From Macrostomum lignano (lineage: Eukaryota), in contig NIVC01001661.1 in NCBI GenBank assembly GCA_002269645.1, forward strand, positions 1 through 64,000: a stretch of 64,000 bases of DNA, given 5' to 3'. The position numbers and the translations under genes were made by a program. The notes under the pieces are model-generated. The model saw only the letters and a list, made by a program, of their open reading frames with translations, did not search any database and was not told where the DNA came from. Positions 58,277 through 64,000 of the stretch are shown here, piece after piece. How positions within the stretch are numbered: position 1 is the first letter of the stretch; each line of letters begins with the position of its first letter.

Positions 58277-59084
58277 CTTGACCCGCCGCCGCCACCGCCA
58301 CTGACGCCAGTGCCGCGCAGACTCACAACAATAGCCGCGCGGGGTGGGGTGGCGGTGTACATGACAGGTCTGAGATCTTACAGAAAGTAAGAGAGAATAG
58401 CAGCAGCACTGAATAATCATAAACCGCCCGACCCCCCGCTGAGTTGATCGGTGCAGAACCCGGCAGTGACCACCCGTTATTGCAGTGCGAAGAGCAGCGC
58501 AAACACTGGCGAGAATCGGCCCCCTATATACGCTCCTAATGCAGTGCTGATGTTTCAATTTCCAGCTCTGAATAATAGTCGGGACTTCCCGCTGTGTCTT
58601 GTGTGTGAGGAGCCGCGCATTGTGTCCGTGCTTAATATTTACAGTCAATTATAAGCATTTATGTAACAATGCATGACTTGTACAGTGATAATTGAGTGCA
58701 GTGATATCCGTGTAGTATTGATTCACACTGCACCGTGTCTATGCGGGCCTTCTCCTCACAAGGTGGCAACATTGAGCGCATTTTAATTATCTATCTAATT
58801 GAATGCAATATTTAATTGTCTGCGCATCGCGGATTTGGTCAGCGATAAGCTCTATAGAACTAAAAAGGGAATTAAGGCAGAGGGTTGCGTATGATCTTGT
58901 AAGGATTTATATTTCTACTAAGGAGGTCAATTTCGGGAGAATTCTAGTTTAATAAATCAATTAAAGCCAAGTAGGTGCATAGTGAGTTTCCTAATGTTGC
59001 CATTTTGATTGGGAAATATTTTTATGGAATTTATATGTATGTCCAAGCTCATCTCAGTCTTATCGCTTAACGCAGCGTCTTTTA

Positions 59085-59800
59085 AGTGTCTGTAAGTGTC
59101 TGTGTCTGTAAGCGTCTGTAAGCATCTGTAAGTGTCTGTAAGCGTCTGTAAGTGTCTATAAGTATCCGTAAGTGTCTGTATGTGTCTGTAAGTATCTGTT
59201 AGTGTCTGTAAGTGTCTGTAAGCGCTTGTATGTGTCCGTAAGTGTCCGTAAGTGTCTGCAAGTGTATGTTAGTGTCTGTAAGTGTCTGTAAGCGTCTGTA
59301 AGTGCCTTTAAGTATCTGTAAGTGTCTGTAAGTGTTTGTAAGTCTCTGTAAGTGTCTGTTAGTGTTTGTAAGTTAATTGTAAGTATCTGTAAGTTACTGC
59401 AAGCGTCTGTAAGCATCTGTAAGTGTCTGTAAATGTCTGTAAGTGTCTGTAAGTGTCTGTAAGCGTCTGTAAGTGTCTGTAAGTGTCTATAAGTATCCGT
59501 AAGTGTCTGTAAGTGTCTGTAAACGCCTGTAAGCGTCTGTACACGTCTGTAAGCATCTTTAAGTGTTTATAAGTGTCTGTAAGTTTCTATAAATGTCCGT
59601 AAGTGTCTGTAAGCATCTGTACACGTCTGTAAGCATATGTCTACAGCGTCTATAAGTGTCTGTAAGTGTCTGTAAGGGTCTGCAAGTTGAAAGCCTGTAA
59701 GTATTCTTAAATTTCCTAAGGTATCTGTAGTGTAAATATCTGTGTCCGAACATTAGGGTAAGTCCTTGTAAAAATGTCTGTATCTGTATGTCTGCAAGTC
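59085..59800. repeat. 10-bp minisatellite AAGTGTCTGT, degenerating distally
   Basis: Direct reading. Confidence 0.93.
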
Positions 59801-61049
59801 GGTCAGAAAATTACCGTACATCTAAAAGCAAATCAACAGTTAAATTCGACTCATTTGACAGCTCAAGTTTGGCACTTATAAAAACTCTGAGCATTCCGCA
59901 TTAGATAAATGAGAATCATCCCTCAACCTCCCCAACCGGGATCTATAAATCTTTGCGTTGGCAACTAGCAGTCAACTCGGACACACAATGGGACACGCAC
60001 ACACCTTTGCACACACCTGAACATCAGCAAACGGATGCGAAGCCCCTCCCCCAGTGCCCCGCCCACCCCTGGGACAGAATTTTTTGAAACCGGCAAAAGA
60101 CAGCAGAAAGAGTTGAGTGGACGGACAGGACAGACCCATCTATACACTTCCTCATTCGATTTCAGACAGAAACACATGAGAGACAGATAGAGGTAGGAAA
60201 ACTTACTTCTATTACGTAATCAAGTCAGCAACTGACATCATCGGTTGGAATGATTCTGGACAGTTTCTCTCTCTCTCTCTCTCTGACTACCCATCGCTGC
60301 CCGGCTGAAACAGGCGACAGAGATGACCTTACCTGGATGAGGCAGACGGAATAAGCTATGAAGGATCTTTCTAGGCTGGCTGTTGTTTCTGCTGCTGATG
60401 GTCAGTGCGGATAAATCGTTGAAAACTGAGTCAGCTGCGCCAGAGTATCGCGGATGGGGCAAAAAGCAGCCCCAGACAGACAGATGAGCACTGTCTTATT
60501 AGTCTCGAGCAGGTACAGATAGAACACGCCACACTTTGAACTGAACTGATTTCAACCAGATGAGTAAGATGCGTGTGCTCATAAATGTACGATTTTACCC
60601 CGCCTATAGGCATTGTTGAGCAACTGGCGAGATTGGGCTAGCTATCTGTTTGCTGGGTAGGTGAGTTATCTGTGTGTTGACGCAACGTGTGTCTCTGTGT
60701 TCGATCCGATCACCGCCTGCAGGAGACAATGCGAGAAAAATGACGCAATGGGTGGCGACCACGCAGCAACCCCACCCCCGCGAGGCTAGGCTTTGAGTAC
60801 AAGAGCGCAGGTAAATGATTTTTAGTATTTTTAGTATTTTGCAGTATATATTTTTCTGGTTACGATTTACTACCTGAAGTATGAGCGTAAATATATAATG
60901 AATTTTTGCTTTGTACTTTTTTGGCTCATTCAATGGCGACCTTGGACGAGCCTTTAGAACTTCTCATTTTCATCTCGCTAATTTTCTTTAATTCCTCCTA
61001 CAGGGACTTCTGCCGCCATTCTCTCTGACATTCCGAGGATTTTATCCCT

Positions 61050-61768
61050 ATCCTTCAGCCCTTCAGGGAGCTTCTACCCCAATCTTTTAGCCTTCCAGGG
61101 GCGTCTACCCCAATCATTCAGCCTTTCAGGGAGCGTCTACCCCAATCCTTCAACCCTTTAGGGAGCTTCTACCCCAATCCTTTAGCCTTCCAGGGGCGTC
61201 TACCCCAATCATTCAGCCTTTCAGGGAGCGTCTACCCCAATCCTTCAACCCTTTAGGGAGCTTCTACCCCAATCCTTCAGCCCTTCAGGGAGCTTCTACC
61301 CCAATCCTTTAGCCTTCCAGGGGCGTCTACCCCAATCATTCAGCCTTTCAGGGAGCGTCTACCCCAATCCTTCAACCCTTTAGGGAGCTTCTACCCCAAT
61401 CCTTCAGCCCTTCAGGGGTGTCTACCTAAATCCTTCAACTATTCGGGGTGTCTACTCCAATCCTTCAGCCCTTCAGAGTGTCTACCCCAATCCTTCAACC
61501 CTTCAGGGGTGTCTACCCCAATCCTTCAGCCCTTCAGGGGTGTCTACCTAAATCTTTCAACCCTTTAGGGGTGTCTACCCCAATTCTTTAGCCCTTCAGG
61601 GCGTCTATTCCAATCCTTCAGCCCTTCAGGGGGTGTCTACCTAAATCCTTCAACCCTTCAGGGTGTCTACCCCAATCTTTTAGCCCTTCAGGGCGTCTAC
61701 CCCAATCCTTCAGCCCTTCAGGCAGCGTCTACCCCAATCCTTCAGCCCTTCAGGCAGCGTCTACCTCA
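61050..61768. repeat. 31/32-bp minisatellite TCTACCCCAATCCTTCAGCCCTTCAGGGG(A/T)G, about 22 copies
   Basis: Direct reading. Confidence 0.93.
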
Positions 61769-62677
61769 ACCACAAAAGCGCTGGGCCAGTCAGGGAGGTC
61801 CGACGGCCTTCCTGCAGCGTGATGATCCTCGTGAGGAAGGAAAATTACTCGACTGGCTGCACGGAGGAACCTGACAACCCGCGAGATATGTTCCCGGGTT
61901 TTCAGACCTCATTCAAGGATGGGTTTGGCCCGAGGTGGTGCAGATGATCCACGGACTTTCCACGGACTTTCCATGGAGGAAGCAGTGCGTCGCGTAACGC
62001 CCGTGGCCCTGATCTCTTTTCTGCTGAGATTCAACAAGGCATCCTGGAACCGCCTGGAGGGATGCGGAACTGCCAATGCGGATATGCGGCCCTCCAGACG
62101 CCCCTACCCCCTTATTCCCTCAGAGACGGCCAGACAGTGGCATAACCTTTAAGTGCAACAAAATGCAGATGAAAAAACTTTAGACTCCATGCAATACAAC
62201 AGTACAGAATACAATTCAAAGTGCTCCGGCTGCAGGTCCTCTACAACACCAATCTAAATAGCTCATTAGGATTCAATTGTTAAAGCACCTGTGAAAACAA
62301 GCGTGAAATTTGTGCTCAACTCTGCGCACAAAAGACCCCCGGCTCCGACCCACTGCGAACAGAGGAAGCGCCAGGCGCCAAAACGACTCAGCGGGCAAAT
62401 GCATTAACAAATCTGCGGCGACAGGGTGGCAACAAGGATGTGGTAGGAAGAGGCTGGCTATTTTAGGACCGACCCGTTTAGCTGCGCTGCATCAGGATTC
62501 TGTCAGCCCCAGTCTGTGGAGCTGATGAAGGGTGGGACCAGGCTGCGGATTTCCGCGCTCCGCTCTGAGTCGCGCACGCAACTTGCAAAGCTCCAGCGAC
62601 CGATCTCAACAAAGCCGAAAATTAGCCGTGAAAATTGGTGTTAGTTTAATGGCAAATTTAATCAGCTGTTCTCAGGA

Positions 62678-63760
<1,083 letters not shown>

Positions 63761-64000
63761 AAGTCACCAAATAAATGACGAAAATTCCCATAAAATATGC
63801 ATATGCATAATTGGAGGCCTGGGCTGGAAGATGCAGCTTACAATTTCGGATCAATAGTAGCTTCAGTGGCCGTGTGACATCGGAGACGCGGAGTGGGATC
63901 TCTCTGTCTCACCCTAGCCTCAAAACGGTGGCTACTCAAACAGTTCTCCAACCGTAGCTATCTATCCCCACAACCGTGAGGATAAATTAAGAATCTGTTT

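Noticed and set aside
54500-62600. Scattered 60-150 aa ORFs as UBR 5' exons or transposase fragments
   Set aside because: No UBR-box, RING or DDE motifs were recognised, and codon composition is unlike the GC3-rich exons elsewhere in the window.

Overview
This is eukaryotic (animal-like) genomic DNA, not prokaryotic. It has GC-rich exons with GT-AG introns, AT-richer spacers, one 864-nt assembly gap, and about 35 unrelated tandem arrays (4-44 bp units) covering roughly a third of the window. The architecture resembles the flatworm Macrostomum, but that is inference only. Most ORFs in the supplied track are artefacts of the arrays. Supported content, in order: (1) a minus-strand ALK/LTK-type glycine-rich-domain gene; (2) a LOA-like non-LTR retrotransposon (ORF1, then APE+RT) interrupted by (3) a Mag-like Ty3/gypsy LTR element (LTR, tRNA-Ser-like PBS, gag, PR-RT-RH), both missing their 3' parts; (4) a small two-TM membrane protein; (5) a C6orf89/BRAP-like gene; (6) a divergent PKA type II regulatory-subunit-like gene (3 exons mapped); (7) an unknown spliced gene; (8) an intronless LRR transmembrane protein; (9) an unknown low-complexity protein; (10) the 3' exons of a UBR1/UBR2-type E3 ligase. 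The most striking unexplained pattern is that each intronic minisatellite is private to its locus and many are anchored at splice sites. Two arrays start at the first base of the intron and are tandem copies of the 5' splice site itself; others abut donors or acceptors within about 0-30 nt. Many genes carry single-base frameshifts, probably long-read errors. No CRISPR array, rRNA or tRNA gene was found.
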